Origin: an uncultured Actinomycetes bacterium
GTDB taxonomy: Bacteria > Actinomycetota > Thermoleophilia > UBA2241
Reading direction: 5' to 3'
Length of the DNA: 64,000 nt
Assembly: GCA_963767005.1 (NCBI GenBank)
Contig: CAVYCN010000002.1
Coordinates: 320,001 to 384,000 of the forward strand
Shown: one piece after another, positions 6,903-17,328 of the stretch
Layout: each line of letters begins with the position of its first letter
Position numbering within the stretch: the stretch's first letter is position 1
Notes under the pieces: model-generated
What the model saw: only the letters and a program-made list of their open reading frames with translations
Database searches by the model: none
What the model was told of the DNA's origin: nothing
Position numbers and translations under genes: made by a program

Positions 6903-9209
6903 GTGTACGCTGCCGTCGTCCCGCTGCTCACCGCCCGGGCTCTCGAGGAGCCGTTCGATTACCTCGTGCCCGACGACCTCGCCGCCCAGGTGCGGCGCGG
7001 CTCCGTCGTGGCCGTTCGTCTGGGCGCTCAGACCGTCCTCGGCATCGTCACCGGTCTCTCTGCGACCTCGTCGCACACCGGACGCCACCTGCCTGTCCTT
7101 TCCGTCGTCGATGTGCCGGCCGTGCCCGACGACCTGCTCGATCTCGCGCTGCGCGTGCGCGAGCACTACCTCTCGGCGGCCGGTACGGCGCTCGCGCTCG
7201 TGTTGCCGCCGGCCGGCGCCCTGCGCCTGCGGCGCGTGCTCGAGCCGAGCGCCGCCGGGCGCGCCGCGCTCGCCGCCGGCGAACGCGGCGCCGCGGCGCT
7301 CGCACGCTATGCGGGGGGCGCCACGCCCGACGCCGCCGCCGCGACCCTGCGCCGGCGGGGCTGGCTCACGGTCGTCTACCGTCTGCACGTGGTGGGCGCA
7401 CCGCCGGCGCCGCGCCGCCTCGTCGCCGGCGACGGTCTGCCGGCCCGGCTGGGCGCGCGGCAGCGGGCCGCGCTCGACGACGTGCGCCGCCACCCCGGCG
7501 TCGACGACGCAACGTTGCGGCAGCGCAGCGGCCTCTCCGCGGCTGGGCTGCGCCGCCTGCTCGAGTCCGATGCCCTGCGCGTCGCCGGCGACGCCGCGCG
7601 ACCGGCGGCTCGTCTGGAGGCGCCGCCCACGCTGCTGCCCGAGCAAGAGGCCGCGCTCGCCGAGATTCTCGCCGCCGGCGGTCGCGGCGAGGCCGTCCTG
7701 CTTCACGGCGTGACCGGCAGCGGCAAGACCGAGGTCTACCTGCGCGCCGCCGAGGCCGTCCTGTGCTCGGGCCACGGCGTGCTCCTGCTGGTGCCCGAGA
7801 TCGGCCTGACCGGGCAGACGATCGCCCGTCTCACGGCGCGCTTCCCCGGCGAGCGGCTCGCGGTGTTCCACTCCGGCCTGTCGGCCGGCGAACGGCTCGC
7901 CGCCTGGCGCGACGCCGCCGAGGGGCGCGCCCGTCTCGTGCTCGGCGCCCGCTCGGCGGTCTTCGCCCCGATCCGCGACCTCGGCCTGATCGTGGTCGAC
8001 GAGGAGCACGACGCCTCGTACAAGCAGGACAACGATCCGCGCTACGATGCCCGCACCGTCGCCCGCTGGCGGGCGGCTCGTACGGGCGCCGCCCTCGTGT
8101 TCGGCTCCGCGACGCCGAGCCTCGAGGCCTTCGCCCGGACGGTGCGCCACGCCGACCTGCCGCGCCGCGTCGACGGCTCGGCGCCGCCGCGCCTCGAGGT
8201 GGTCGACCTGCGCGACACGCCCGGCCTGCTGTCGCCCCAGCTCTCGCGCGCCATGACCCAGGCGATCGAGGCCGGCGACAAGGTGATCCTGTTCCTGAAC
8301 CGCCGGGGCTACGCCGCCCTGCTCGCCTGCGGCCACTGCGGCCACACGTGGACCTGCCCGCACTGCGACGTCGCGCTCGCGTACTTCGCCCGCGGCGGCG
8401 TGCTGCGCTGCCGCATCTGCGGCCACCGCGAGCCGGTGCCCGGCTCGTGCCCCGCCTGCCACAGCATGGAGCTCGCCCGCTACGGCTACGGTACCGAGGC
8501 GCTCGAACGCGAGGTCGCGGCTCTGCTGCCCGGCGTCGAGCTGCTGCGCCTCGACTCCGACGTCGCCGCGTCGTTCACCCGTCTGTCCGAGGTCCTCGAG
8601 CGCTTCGCGGCGCCCGGCGGCAAAGTCCTGGTGGGCACGCAGATGATCGCCAAGGGCCATCACTTTCCCGAGGTCACCCTGGTCGGGGTCGTGCAGGCCG
8701 ATCTCACGCTGCGCTTCCCCGATTTCCGCGCCGAGGAGCGCACCTTCGCCATGCTCGTCCAGGTCGGCGGGCGCAGCGGGCGCGGGCCGCGCCCCGGCCG
8801 CGTGCTCGTCCAGACCCTCGACCCCGAGGCCCGACCCATCGCCCTCGCGGTGGCGGGCGAGCATGAGCGCTTCTACGCCGACGAGCTCGCGCGTCGCGAG
8901 GCGCTCGGCTACCCGCCGGCCACCACGCTGCTCGCCGTCGAGGTGTCGTCGCCCGCGGCCGACAAGGCGAGCGCCGGGGCCGACTTCGTCGCCCGGCGCC
9001 TGAGCGTGGCGCTGACCGGCGGCGAGAGCGTGGTCGGTCCCGGCCCGCTCTCGCGCGAGCGCGCCCGCTACGTCGCCCGGGTGATCGTCAAGAGCCCGGC
9101 GCTCGACGCCACCCTGCCGGTCGCGCGCGACCTGCTCGACCGCTACGCCGCGCGCTTTGCGCGCCGTGGCGCGCGCCTCGTGGTCGACGTCGAGCCGCAA
9201 TGGCTGTGA
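6903..9209 (+). CDS. priA: Primosomal protein N' (replication restart helicase)
   Basis: GVTGSGKT, DEEHD, SATPS, four CxxC pairs, GTQMIAKG. Confidence 0.96.
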   Translation: MYAAVVPLLTARALEEPFDYLVPDDLAAQVRRGSVVAVRLGAQTVLGIVTGLSATSSHTGRHLPVLSVVDVPAVPDDLLDLALRVREHYLSAAGTALALVLPPAGALRLRRVLEPSAAGRAALAAGERGAAALARYAGGATPDAAAATLRRRGWLTVVYRLHVVGAPPAPRRLVAGDGLPARLGARQRAALDDVRRHPGVDDATLRQRSGLSAAGLRRLLESDALRVAGDAARPAARLEAPPTLLPEQEAALAEILAAGGRGEAVLLHGVTGSGKTEVYLRAAEAVLCSGHGVLLLVPEIGLTGQTIARLTARFPGERLAVFHSGLSAGERLAAWRDAAEGRARLVLGARSAVFAPIRDLGLIVVDEEHDASYKQDNDPRYDARTVARWRAARTGAALVFGSATPSLEAFARTVRHADLPRRVDGSAPPRLEVVDLRDTPGLLSPQLSRAMTQAIEAGDKVILFLNRRGYAALLACGHCGHTWTCPHCDVALAYFARGGVLRCRICGHREPVPGSCPACHSMELARYGYGTEALEREVAALLPGVELLRLDSDVAASFTRLSEVLERFAAPGGKVLVGTQMIAKGHHFPEVTLVGVVQADLTLRFPDFRAEERTFAMLVQVGGRSGRGPRPGRVLVQTLDPEARPIALAVAGEHERFYADELARREALGYPPATTLLAVEVSSPAADKASAGADFVARRLSVALTGGESVVGPGPLSRERARYVARVIVKSPALDATLPVARDLLDRYAARFARRGARLVVDVEPQWL

Positions 9210-9228
9210 GCCGGGGTAGAATGACCTC

Positions 9229-9822
9229 ATGAGTCAGGAACGTACAGAAGGGCGCCGCGGCGAGCGCCGCGAGCGCCCCGAGATCCCGCTCGAGCGGCAG
9301 GCGGCGGCGCGCCGCCAGATCCGCACGCTCGGCGATCCTGTGCTGCGCGAGGCGGCCCGGCCGGTCGAGAGCTTCGATGCCGACCTCGCCGCGCTGGCGC
9401 GCCGCATGATCGCCGTCATGCGCGACGCGCCGGGCGTCGGGCTCGCCGCGACCCAGCTCGGCGTCGTGCAGCGCGTCCTGGTGTACGAGGTCGACGACGA
9501 CCACCCGGTCACGCTCGTCAACCCTACGATCGTCTGGTCGTCGCCCGACACCGAGGTCGCCGACGAGGGTTGCCTGAGCGTGCCCGGCGTCACCGTGCCC
9601 GTCGAGCGCTCCGTATCGGTGCACGTGCGGGCCCGCGACGTGCGCGGCCGGCGCCTCGACTTCGACGCCGACGACATCGAGGCGCGCGTCATCCAGCACG
9701 AGTCCGACCACCTGGACGGCGTGCTGATCCTCGAGCGCACGACCCGTGCCGAGCGCGCCCGTGCGTTGCGCGAGCTGCGCGAGCGCGACACCCAGGTCGT
9801 CGGCTCGCGCGCCGGGCTGTAG
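9229..9822 (+). CDS. def: Peptide deformylase
   Basis: GVGLAATQ, EGCLS and QHESDHLDG motifs. Confidence 0.96.
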   Translation: MSQERTEGRRGERRERPEIPLERQAAARRQIRTLGDPVLREAARPVESFDADLAALARRMIAVMRDAPGVGLAATQLGVVQRVLVYEVDDDHPVTLVNPTIVWSSPDTEVADEGCLSVPGVTVPVERSVSVHVRARDVRGRRLDFDADDIEARVIQHESDHLDGVLILERTTRAERARALRELRERDTQVVGSRAGL

Positions 9823-9828
9823 GCGGCC

Positions 9829-10725
9829 GTGCGGATCGCCTGGGCCGGCACGGCGCACTTCTCGGTCCTCGTCCTCTCACGGCTCGCCGCGTCGTCCCAC
9901 ACGGTCGCCGTCTGTCTGACCACGCCCGACCGGCCGCGCGGGCGCCACGGCGCGCCGCAGCCGTCGCCGGTCAAGGAGTACGCGGCCGTCGCCGGCCTGC
10001 CCGTGCTGCAGCCCGACGACCTGCAGGCGCCCGCGGTCCTCGACGAGCTGCGCGCGTTCTCGCCCGAGGCCCTCGTAGCCTGCGCCTACGGCCGCATCGT
10101 GCCGCCCGCGCTGTTCGCGGCGCTGCCGGCATTCGTCGTGCATCCATCACTCGTGCCCCATCTGCGCGGCGCGGCGCCGGTCGTGCGTGCCCTCATGGCC
10201 GGCGAGACCGAGCTCGGCGTCACGATCCTGGCCATGAGCGCAGGGGTCGACGAAGGGCCGGTGGCGGCGCGCCGGGCCGTCACCGTGCCGCGCGACCGCG
10301 ACGCCGCCGAGGCCTACGAGCTGCTCGCCGCGCCGTCGGCCGAGGCGCTGGTCGCGACGCTCGACGAGCTGGCCGCGGGCACGCTCGTTTGCGCGCCGCA
10401 GACCGGCTCCGTCGACTACGCCGAGAAAGTGACCGAAGACGATCGCGTGATCGATTGGCGGCGGCCGGCCGCCGCCGTCGCCGACCAGGTCCGCGCGCTG
10501 GCGCCCGACGTCGGCGCCGTTGCGGAGCTCGGCGGCAGGCGGGTGCTGGTGTGGCGGGCGCGGCCCCTGCCGGCGCTGCCGACCGACGGCGAGGCGCGCG
10601 ATCGCCTGATCGTGCCCTGCGCCGACGGCGTGCTCGAGATCGTCGAGCTGCAGGAGGCCGGCAGGCGCCGCATGACGGCGGCCGAGTACCTGCGCGGCGC
10701 CGGCCGGCGCCTGGTGCAGGGCTAG
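9829..10725 (+). CDS. fmt: Methionyl-tRNA formyltransferase
   Basis: TTPDRPRGR, AYG and HPSLVPHLRGAAP motifs; def-fmt-rsmB synteny. Confidence 0.92.
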   Translation: MRIAWAGTAHFSVLVLSRLAASSHTVAVCLTTPDRPRGRHGAPQPSPVKEYAAVAGLPVLQPDDLQAPAVLDELRAFSPEALVACAYGRIVPPALFAALPAFVVHPSLVPHLRGAAPVVRALMAGETELGVTILAMSAGVDEGPVAARRAVTVPRDRDAAEAYELLAAPSAEALVATLDELAAGTLVCAPQTGSVDYAEKVTEDDRVIDWRRPAAAVADQVRALAPDVGAVAELGGRRVLVWRARPLPALPTDGEARDRLIVPCADGVLEIVELQEAGRRRMTAAEYLRGAGRRLVQG

Positions 10726-10727
10726 GC

Positions 10728-12152
10728 GTGGCCGGCGCCGCCGCCGTCGCTCCGGCGCGTGCCGCCGCCTTCGAGCTGCTCACGCGCGAGGCCGCGGCGA
10801 CCGGAGCCTTCGACCTGAACGCGGCGGCCAACGACGCCCTCGCGGGCCTCGACCGACGCGACAGAGCCCTCGCCTACGAGCTTGCGATCGGCACGATCAA
10901 GCGGCGCCACGCGCTCGACAGGGTGATCGCCGCCTGCGCCGAGGTGGCGTCGGGCCACACCCGCCCCGCGGTGCGCGAGGCCCTGCGCCTGGGGGCGTTC
11001 CAGCTGCTCTATCTCGACCGCGTGCCGGGCCACGCCGCGGTGTCCGAGTCGGTCGAGCTCGCCAAGCGCAGCGGCCGCCGCGACGGCGCCTTCGCGAACG
11101 CCGTGCTGCGGCGCGTGGCGGCGGGCGGAGCCGACGCCCTCGCGCGGCTCGCAGAGGGAGAGTCGGCCGAGGCCGCCGCCGTGCGTCACTCGCACCCCGC
11201 CTGGCTCGTGTCGCTCTGGCGGCGCGAGCTCGGTCCCGAGGCGACCGAGGCGCTGCTCGCCAGCGACAACCTGCCGGCCGAGCGCTGCGTGCGCGTCAAC
11301 CTGCTGCGGGCGACATCGGCGCAGGCGATCGCCGCTCTGGCCGCCGACGGGATCGTCGCCCGCCCTGCCGCGACGGCCGCCGAGGGCCGGGGCGAGCACG
11401 ACTGGCCCGACGCGCTGCTGCTCGACGGCGCGCCGCTCGAGGGCGCCGCCGCCCTGCGCGACGGCCTCGTCACGCCCCAGTCGCGGGCCTCGCAACTGGC
11501 GGCCGCGGTCGCGACCGAGAGCCTCGAGCCGGCGGCGGCGGGCTCGTTCGCCGACCTCTGTGCCGCGCCCGGCATCAAGACGTCGCAGATCGCGGCCGCG
11601 TTGCCGGGCTGGCGCGTCGACGCTGTCGACGACGACCCGCGACGCGCGGTCGCCCTGCGCGCGAACCTGTCCCGCCTGGGCGCCGGCTCGATCGCGGTGG
11701 TCGAGCGCGACGTGCTCGAGCTGGGCGACGACCCCGCAGCGCGAGACCGGTATGGCGGCGTGCTGCTCGACGCGCCCTGCAGCGGTCTCGGCACACTCGC
11801 CGCGCGGCCCGACCTGCGCTGGCGGCGGCGGCCGGCCGACGTCGAGCGGCTGGCGGCCCTGCAGGGCCGGCTCGTCGTGGCGGCGGCGACCCTCGTCGCG
11901 CCGGGCGGCACGCTCACCTACTCGGTCTGCACGCTCACGCGGGCCGAGACGCTCGACGTGGTCGAGCGGTTCCTGGCCGGGGAGCCGGGCAACGCGCAGC
12001 GGCCGGCGCGGGGGGGCGCCTGGAGCCTCGACGACCTGGGTGCGGCGCGGCCGGCGCTGCGCCACCCCGGCAACGGCGCCTTCGTGCAGACGCTGCCGCC
12101 GCGCGACGGCACGAGCGGTTTCTTCGTCGCGCGGCTGCGGCGGGTGGAATAG
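10728..12152 (+). CDS. rsmB: 16S rRNA m5C967 methyltransferase RsmB (Sun)
   Basis: NusB-like N-terminus; DLCAAPG, DAPCSGLG and YSVCT motifs. GTG start 2 nt after the fmt stop. Confidence 0.92.
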   Translation: MAGAAAVAPARAAAFELLTREAAATGAFDLNAAANDALAGLDRRDRALAYELAIGTIKRRHALDRVIAACAEVASGHTRPAVREALRLGAFQLLYLDRVPGHAAVSESVELAKRSGRRDGAFANAVLRRVAAGGADALARLAEGESAEAAAVRHSHPAWLVSLWRRELGPEATEALLASDNLPAERCVRVNLLRATSAQAIAALAADGIVARPAATAAEGRGEHDWPDALLLDGAPLEGAAALRDGLVTPQSRASQLAAAVATESLEPAAAGSFADLCAAPGIKTSQIAAALPGWRVDAVDDDPRRAVALRANLSRLGAGSIAVVERDVLELGDDPAARDRYGGVLLDAPCSGLGTLAARPDLRWRRRPADVERLAALQGRLVVAAATLVAPGGTLTYSVCTLTRAETLDVVERFLAGEPGNAQRPARGGAWSLDDLGAARPALRHPGNGAFVQTLPPRDGTSGFFVARLRRVE

Positions 12153-12192
12153 CATGGTGCCCGCGACCGCCAGCGACGACCGGAGTGAGAGC

Positions 12193-12870
12193 ATGACCGA
12201 GCTACTGCACGAGCGCCTCGTCACGCCGTCCATCCTGTCGGCCGACTTCGGCCGCCTGGCGGCCGACATCGCGACCGTCGTCGGCGCCGGGGCGCGGCTC
12301 ATCCACGTCGACGTGATGGACGGCCATTTCGTACCCAACATCACGATCGGTGCGCCCGTCGTGAAGGCCATTGCGCCGCCCGTGCACGATGGCGGAGGCG
12401 CCCTCGACGTGCACCTCATGATCGAGCATCCGGAGCGCTACATCGCCGACTTCGCGGCCGCCGGGGCCGACGCCATTACCGTGCACCAGGAGGCCTGCAT
12501 CCACCTGAACCGTACGCTCGTCCAGGTGCGCGAGGCCGGCGCCGCCGCCGGCGTCGCCCTCAACCCGGCGACGCCGCTCGAGACCCTGGCCGAGGTACGC
12601 GACCTCGTCGACCTCGTGCTGATCATGTCGGTGAACCCCGGCTTCGGCGGCCAGCGCTTCATCGAGGGCGCGCGCGACAAGCTGCGCCGGGCGCGCTCGT
12701 TCCTGCCCGCGCACGTCGCCATCGAGGTCGACGGCGGCGTCTCGCTCGACAACGCCGCCGAGCTCGTGCGCTGCGGCGCGAACCTGCTCGTCGCCGGCAA
12801 CAGCGTCTACGGCGCGCCCGACCCGGCCGCCGCCTTCCGCGAGCTCTCGGCCGCCGTCACCGGCGCGTAG
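12193..12870 (+). CDS. rpe: Ribulose-phosphate 3-epimerase
   Basis: PSILSADF, HVDVMDGHFVPN, MSVNPGFGGQ and EVDGG motifs. Confidence 0.96.
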   Translation: MTELLHERLVTPSILSADFGRLAADIATVVGAGARLIHVDVMDGHFVPNITIGAPVVKAIAPPVHDGGGALDVHLMIEHPERYIADFAAAGADAITVHQEACIHLNRTLVQVREAGAAAGVALNPATPLETLAEVRDLVDLVLIMSVNPGFGGQRFIEGARDKLRRARSFLPAHVAIEVDGGVSLDNAAELVRCGANLLVAGNSVYGAPDPAAAFRELSAAVTGA

Positions 12871-12874
12871 GCGA

Positions 12875-12923
12875 GCGGCGCTTGTGTCCGGGCCGCTCTC
12901 GGCGGCGCGGGCGCAAGCGCCGC
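12875..12923 (+). terminator. Long GC hairpin after rpe
   Basis: GCGGCGCTTGTGTCCG ... CGGGCGCAAGCGCCGC arms. Confidence 0.5.
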
Positions 12924-12985
12924 GCCCAGGCCGTGCCACGGCCGCGAGCCGGCACGATTCCTGCTATACTTGCCGGCGACGAGTA

Positions 12986-13102
12986 CGTCTTCGGGGCGGG
13001 GTGAAAGTCCCCACCGGCGGTGAAAGCCCGCGAACCCCGCAGCAGCGGGGCCGACCAGGTGAGATCCCTGGGCCGACGGTACAGTCCGGATGAGAGAAGA
13101 CG
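12986..13102 (+). promoter_or_regulatory. FMN riboswitch (RFN element)
   Basis: CGTCTTCGGGGCGGGGTGAAAGTCCCCACCGGCGGT..AGCCCGCGA..GGTGAGATCC..CCGACGGTACAGTCCGGATGAGAGAAGACG. Preceded by TGc-TATACT (12962-12970); upstream of rib operon. Confidence 0.96.
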
Positions 13103-13116
13103 GCGCGGTGTCGCCG

Positions 13117-13150
13117 AAGCCTCGGAGCGTCCATGTGCCGAGGCTTTTGT
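13117..13150 (+). terminator. FMN riboswitch expression platform hairpin (terminator and/or SD sequestrator)
   Basis: AAGCCTCGG...CCGAGGCTT followed by TTGT, ending just before the ribD ATG. Confidence 0.65.
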
Positions 13151-13151
13151 C

Positions 13152-14306
13152 ATGACGGACGAGCGACATTTGCAGCGCGCCCTCGAACTGGCCCGCCGGG
13201 GCCTGCGTGAGGCCCACCCCAACCCGCGGGTCGGAGCGGTCGTCGTCGCCGGAGAGCGCGTGGTGGGGGAGGGGTACCACCGCGGGCCCGGCACGCCGCA
13301 CGCCGAGGCCGTGGCGCTCGATGTCGCCGCGGCGCAGGCGCGCGGCGCGACCCTCTACGTGACCCTCGAGCCCTGCTGTCACACCGGCCGCACCGGGCCC
13401 TGTACCGAGCGCATCATCGCCGCCGGGGTCGCCCGGGTCGTGGTCGGCGCCGTCGATCCCAACCCGGCGGTCGACGGGCGCGGCCTGGCGGCGCTCCGCG
13501 CGGCCGGTCTCGAGGTGGCCGTCGTCGACGGCGACCTGCGGGCGCGCTGCGAGGCGCTGAACGAGCCCTTCGCCCGCTTCATCCGCACCGCGCTGCCGCT
13601 CGTGACCTACAAGGCGGCCGTGTCGCTCGACGGCAAGGTGGCCGCCGCCGACGGCGACGCTCGCTGGATCTCGTCGCCCGAGAGCCGCCGCCGGGTGCAC
13701 GCCATGCGCGCCGCCGCCGACGCCGTCCTGATCGGCGCCGGGACGCTGCGCCGCGACGACCCGCGGCTCACCGTACGAGACGCCGAGGGGCGCGACCCCG
13801 TGCGGGTCGTGGTCAGCCGGACGGGGCGCGTGCCGGTCGACGCGACCGTCTTCGCGACCGCCCACGACGCGCCGACCATCCTGCTCAGCGAGTCCGTCGA
13901 GCCCGGCGTGGCGGCCGCGCTGGCGCGCCACGGTGTCGAGGTGGTGCGCGTCGCCGGCCTGCGTGCGGGCCTCATCGAGCTCGCCCGCCGCGGTCTGACC
14001 GATATCCTCTGCGAGGGCGGGCCGACCCTGGCCGGCGGGCTGCTGGCCGAGGGTCTGGTCGATCGCGTCGCCGTGTTCGTCGCGCCGCTCGTGCTCGGGC
14101 GCGGCGCGCCCGACTTGGTCGCCCTGCCGGCCGCCGCGGGGGTGGGCGCCGGCCTGGCGTTGCGCGACGCGGTCTGGACGACGTCGGGGCCGGACGTGCT
14201 GTGCGAGGCGCGCGTCGCGCGTGTCGCCGACGCCGTGCCACACGTGGCTTCGAGCGGTCCCGGCGCCGCAGAGGCGTCACCGGCCGGAGGCGACGGGGAG
14301 GACTGA
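13152..14306 (+). CDS. ribD: Bifunctional deaminase/reductase RibD
   Basis: PNPRVG, HAE, TLEPCCH..PC, SLDG and EGG motifs. Confidence 0.96.
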   Translation: MTDERHLQRALELARRGLREAHPNPRVGAVVVAGERVVGEGYHRGPGTPHAEAVALDVAAAQARGATLYVTLEPCCHTGRTGPCTERIIAAGVARVVVGAVDPNPAVDGRGLAALRAAGLEVAVVDGDLRARCEALNEPFARFIRTALPLVTYKAAVSLDGKVAAADGDARWISSPESRRRVHAMRAAADAVLIGAGTLRRDDPRLTVRDAEGRDPVRVVVSRTGRVPVDATVFATAHDAPTILLSESVEPGVAAALARHGVEVVRVAGLRAGLIELARRGLTDILCEGGPTLAGGLLAEGLVDRVAVFVAPLVLGRGAPDLVALPAAAGVGAGLALRDAVWTTSGPDVLCEARVARVADAVPHVASSGPGAAEASPAGGDGED

Positions 14307-14947
14307 TGTTCACGGGGATCATCGAGGAGGTCGGCACGCTGCGTCGCCTGGTCGAGAGCGAGCGTGGCGCCGTGCTCGAGATCGAGGCGCGCGACGTGCT
14401 GCAGGGCACGCGGGTGGGCGATTCGATCGCGACGAGCGGCGCCTGCCTGACCGTCACGCGCCTCGCCGCCGACCGCTTCTGGGCCGACGCCATGCCCGAG
14501 ACCGTGCGTCGCACGACACTCGGGCGTAAACGACCCGGCGACGGTCTCAACCTCGAGCGCGCGCTGACCCTGCAGTCGCGGCTCGGCGGCCATCTGGTGC
14601 AGGGCCACGTCGACGGCGTCGGCGCGGTGGCGCGCATCGGGCGGGAGCGGGGCGCCGAGCTGCTCACGCTGTCGGCGCCGCCGGCCGTGGTCGAGTTCAG
14701 CGTGCCGCAGGGCTCGGTCGCCGTCGACGGCGTGAGCCTCACCATCGTCGACATCGAGCGCGCCGCGCTGCGCGTGTCGCTCATCCCTCACACCGTCGCG
14801 GCCACCACGCTGCGCGACCTGCGGGTCGGCGCCGAGGTCAACCTCGAGGCCGATCTCATCGGCAAGTACGTCCGTGCCTACCTGATCCGGTCCGGGGCGT
14901 CCCCGGGCCTCACTTTCGAGAAGCTGTCCGAAGCGGGGTTCCTATGA
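14306..14947 (+). CDS. ribE: Riboflavin synthase (alpha chain)
   Basis: MFTGII N-terminus; [11 protein letters not shown]. Confidence 0.96.
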   Translation: MFTGIIEEVGTLRRLVESERGAVLEIEARDVLQGTRVGDSIATSGACLTVTRLAADRFWADAMPETVRRTTLGRKRPGDGLNLERALTLQSRLGGHLVQGHVDGVGAVARIGRERGAELLTLSAPPAVVEFSVPQGSVAVDGVSLTIVDIERAALRVSLIPHTVAATTLRDLRVGAEVNLEADLIGKYVRAYLIRSGASPGLTFEKLSEAGFL

Positions 14948-16269
14948 GCACGAGTGACACGTCCATCAGCCGGCGAGCGGAGGAGACGATTGCCGGTGCC
15001 GACGGGCACGGGCGCGACGAGCAGGGCGAGGGCTCGCCGTTCGCGACGATCGACGAGGCGCTCGCCGACATCAGGGCGGGCCGCATGGTCGTGGTCTGCG
15101 ACGACGAGGACCGCGAGAACGAGGGCGACCTCACCATGGCGGCCCAGTTCGTGACGCCGGAGTCCGTGAACTTCATGGCGACCCACGGCCGCGGCCTCAT
15201 CTGTCTCGCGCTGTCCCCGAAGCGCTGCCAGGAGCTCGGCCTCGGGCCGATGGTCGCGCGCAACTCGGCGCGCTTCCAGACCGCCTTCACGCAGTCGATC
15301 GAGGCGCGCGAGGGCGTGACCACGGGGATCTCGGCGGCGGACCGCGCCCACACCATCCAGGTGGCCGTCGATCCCGACTGCGACGAACACGACATCGTGC
15401 AGCCGGGCCACGTGTTCCCGCTGATCGCCCAGCCGGGCGGTGTGCTCGAGCGCGCCGGACAGACCGAGGCCGCCGTCGACCTGGCCCGCCTCGCCGGCCT
15501 GCAGCCAGCCGGCGTGATCTGCGAGGTCATGAACGACGACGGCACCATGGCGCGCGTGCCCGACCTCGTCGACTACTGCCGGCGCCACGGCCTGAAGATG
15601 ATCACCGTGGCCGCGCTCATCCGGCATCGGCGCCGGACCGAGAAGCTCGTGCGTCGCGTGGCCGTGGCGCAGATGCCCACCCGGTACGGCGAGTTCCGGG
15701 CGATCGGCTACGAGTCGCTGCTCGACGGCTCGCAGCACGTCGCCCTGGTCAAGGGCAACGTCGCCGGCCAGCGCGACGTGCTCGTGCGAGTGCACTCTGA
15801 GTGCCTGACCGGCGACGTCTTCGGGTCTTTGCGCTGCGACTGCGGTGAGCAGCTCGCCCTCGCCCTGCGGCGCGTCGAAGAGGAGGGCCTGGGCGTCGTG
15901 CTCTACATGCGCCAGGAGGGGCGCGGCATCGGCCTCTTGAACAAGCTGCGCGCCTACGCGTTGCAGGAGCAGGGACGCGACACGGTCGAGGCGAACCTCG
16001 AGCTGGGCTTTCCCGCCGACCTGCGCGACTACGGCATCGGCGCCCAGATCCTGGTCGACCTCGGCCTGTCGAGCATCCGCACCATGACCAACAACCCCAA
16101 GAAGCTGATCGCCCTCGAGGGGTACGGCCTCACGATCAGCGAGCGGGTGCCGATCGAGGTCGCCCCGCACGAGCACAGCGTCACCTACCTGCGCACCAAG
16201 CGCGACAAGATGGGCCATCTGCTGGAGCACGAGGAGCTCCTGCTGCCGGTCGAGGGCGACGAAGGATAG
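14944..16269 (+). CDS. ribBA: Bifunctional DHBP synthase / GTP cyclohydrolase II
   Basis: [29 protein letters not shown] and QEGRGIGL motifs. Confidence 0.97.
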   Translation: MSTSDTSISRRAEETIAGADGHGRDEQGEGSPFATIDEALADIRAGRMVVVCDDEDRENEGDLTMAAQFVTPESVNFMATHGRGLICLALSPKRCQELGLGPMVARNSARFQTAFTQSIEAREGVTTGISAADRAHTIQVAVDPDCDEHDIVQPGHVFPLIAQPGGVLERAGQTEAAVDLARLAGLQPAGVICEVMNDDGTMARVPDLVDYCRRHGLKMITVAALIRHRRRTEKLVRRVAVAQMPTRYGEFRAIGYESLLDGSQHVALVKGNVAGQRDVLVRVHSECLTGDVFGSLRCDCGEQLALALRRVEEEGLGVVLYMRQEGRGIGLLNKLRAYALQEQGRDTVEANLELGFPADLRDYGIGAQILVDLGLSSIRTMTNNPKKLIALEGYGLTISERVPIEVAPHEHSVTYLRTKRDKMGHLLEHEELLLPVEGDEG

Positions 16270-16318
16270 CCAGCGGGCCGTCCGCGAGAGGCGAAAGCCG
16301 AAAGGAGCTACGACGACC

Positions 16319-16792
16319 ATGGGGACGACGTACGAAGGGAAACTGACGGGCAAGGGGCTGCGCTTCGCGCTCGTCGTCGGCCGGTTCAACGAGTTCATCT
16401 CGACGCGTCTGCTCGAAGGGGCGCTCGACAACCTGCGCCGCCACGAGACCGCCGACGACGACGTCGACGTCGCCTGGGTGCCGGGCGCCTTCGAGATCCC
16501 GCTCGTCGCCCGGCGTCTCGCGGCGAGTGGCCGCTACGACGCGGTCGTGTGCCTGGGGGCCGTGATCCGCGGTGGCACGCCGCACTTCGACTACGTCGCC
16601 GCCGAGACGACCAAGGGCATCGCCAAGGCGGGCCTCGACACGGGCGTGCCGGTCGTCTTCGGGGTGCTCACCACCGACAGCGTCGAGCAGGCGGTCGAGC
16701 GGGCCGGCACGAAGGCCGGCAACAAGGGCTGGGCGGCCGCGACGACGGCCCTGGAGATGGCGAACCTGCTCCGGGAGCTGCCCTCGGCATAG
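16319..16792 (+). CDS. ribH: 6,7-dimethyl-8-ribityllumazine synthase
   Basis: [20 protein letters not shown] and GNKG motifs. Confidence 0.97.
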   Translation: MGTTYEGKLTGKGLRFALVVGRFNEFISTRLLEGALDNLRRHETADDDVDVAWVPGAFEIPLVARRLAASGRYDAVVCLGAVIRGGTPHFDYVAAETTKGIAKAGLDTGVPVVFGVLTTDSVEQAVERAGTKAGNKGWAAATTALEMANLLRELPSA

Positions 16793-16818
16793 GGGGCAGC
16801 GCCGCGGGGGGTGACGCG

Positions 16819-17010
16819 CTAGAGCGCCTTGGTGACGCGTCCCGACTTGAGGCAGCGGGTGCAGACGTACGCCGACTGCGGGCGGCCGTCGAGCACGATG
16901 TGGACGCGTTGCAGGTTTGGCTCGAAACGCCGCTTGGTAGCTCTGTTGGAGTGGCTGCGGTTGTTGCCCACGGCGGGCTTCTTGCCACAGCTCACGCAGA
17001 CTCGTGACAT
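16819..17010 (-). CDS. rpmB: 50S ribosomal protein L28 (Zn-binding form)
   Basis: [28 protein letters not shown]. Confidence 0.96.
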   Translation of the reverse strand: MSRVCVSCGKKPAVGNNRSHSNRATKRRFEPNLQRVHIVLDGRPQSAYVCTRCLKSGRVTKAL

Positions 17011-17100
17011 GCGGGGTCCTCGCTTGCGGAAGATGACGGGCCGGAATTATGCTACACGCGGCCGCGCCACGCAACCGCGGCCATTATCGTAGTGTGACTC

Positions 17101-17310
17101 ATGGCGCAGTTCGCGAAACAGATGTCGATTCTCGAGGCGCTCGAGGCGCACCCCGAAGCCCGCGATGTGTTCCTGCGGTGGGGCATGGGCTGCAGCTTGT
17201 GCATCGGGGCGCAGCTCGAGAGCATCGAAAGCGGCGCCATCATGCACGACGTCGACGCCGACGTGATCGTCGCCGAGCTGAACGGGCTCGACCGCCCGGC
17301 CGCCGAGTAG
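17101..17310 (+). CDS. DUF1858-family small CxxC protein
   Basis: HPE..VF..WGMGCSLC....ESIE.G...H pattern. Confidence 0.8.
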   Translation: MAQFAKQMSILEALEAHPEARDVFLRWGMGCSLCIGAQLESIESGAIMHDVDADVIVAELNGLDRPAAE

Positions 17311-17328
17311 GCCGCGCGGCACACGGAC

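Noticed and set aside
9570-10727. Apparent 860-aa RsmB with long N-terminus
   Set aside because: The upstream part overlaps def and fmt out of frame; the real start is GTG 10728.
13020-13151. RibD N-terminal extension
   Set aside because: It lies within the FMN riboswitch.
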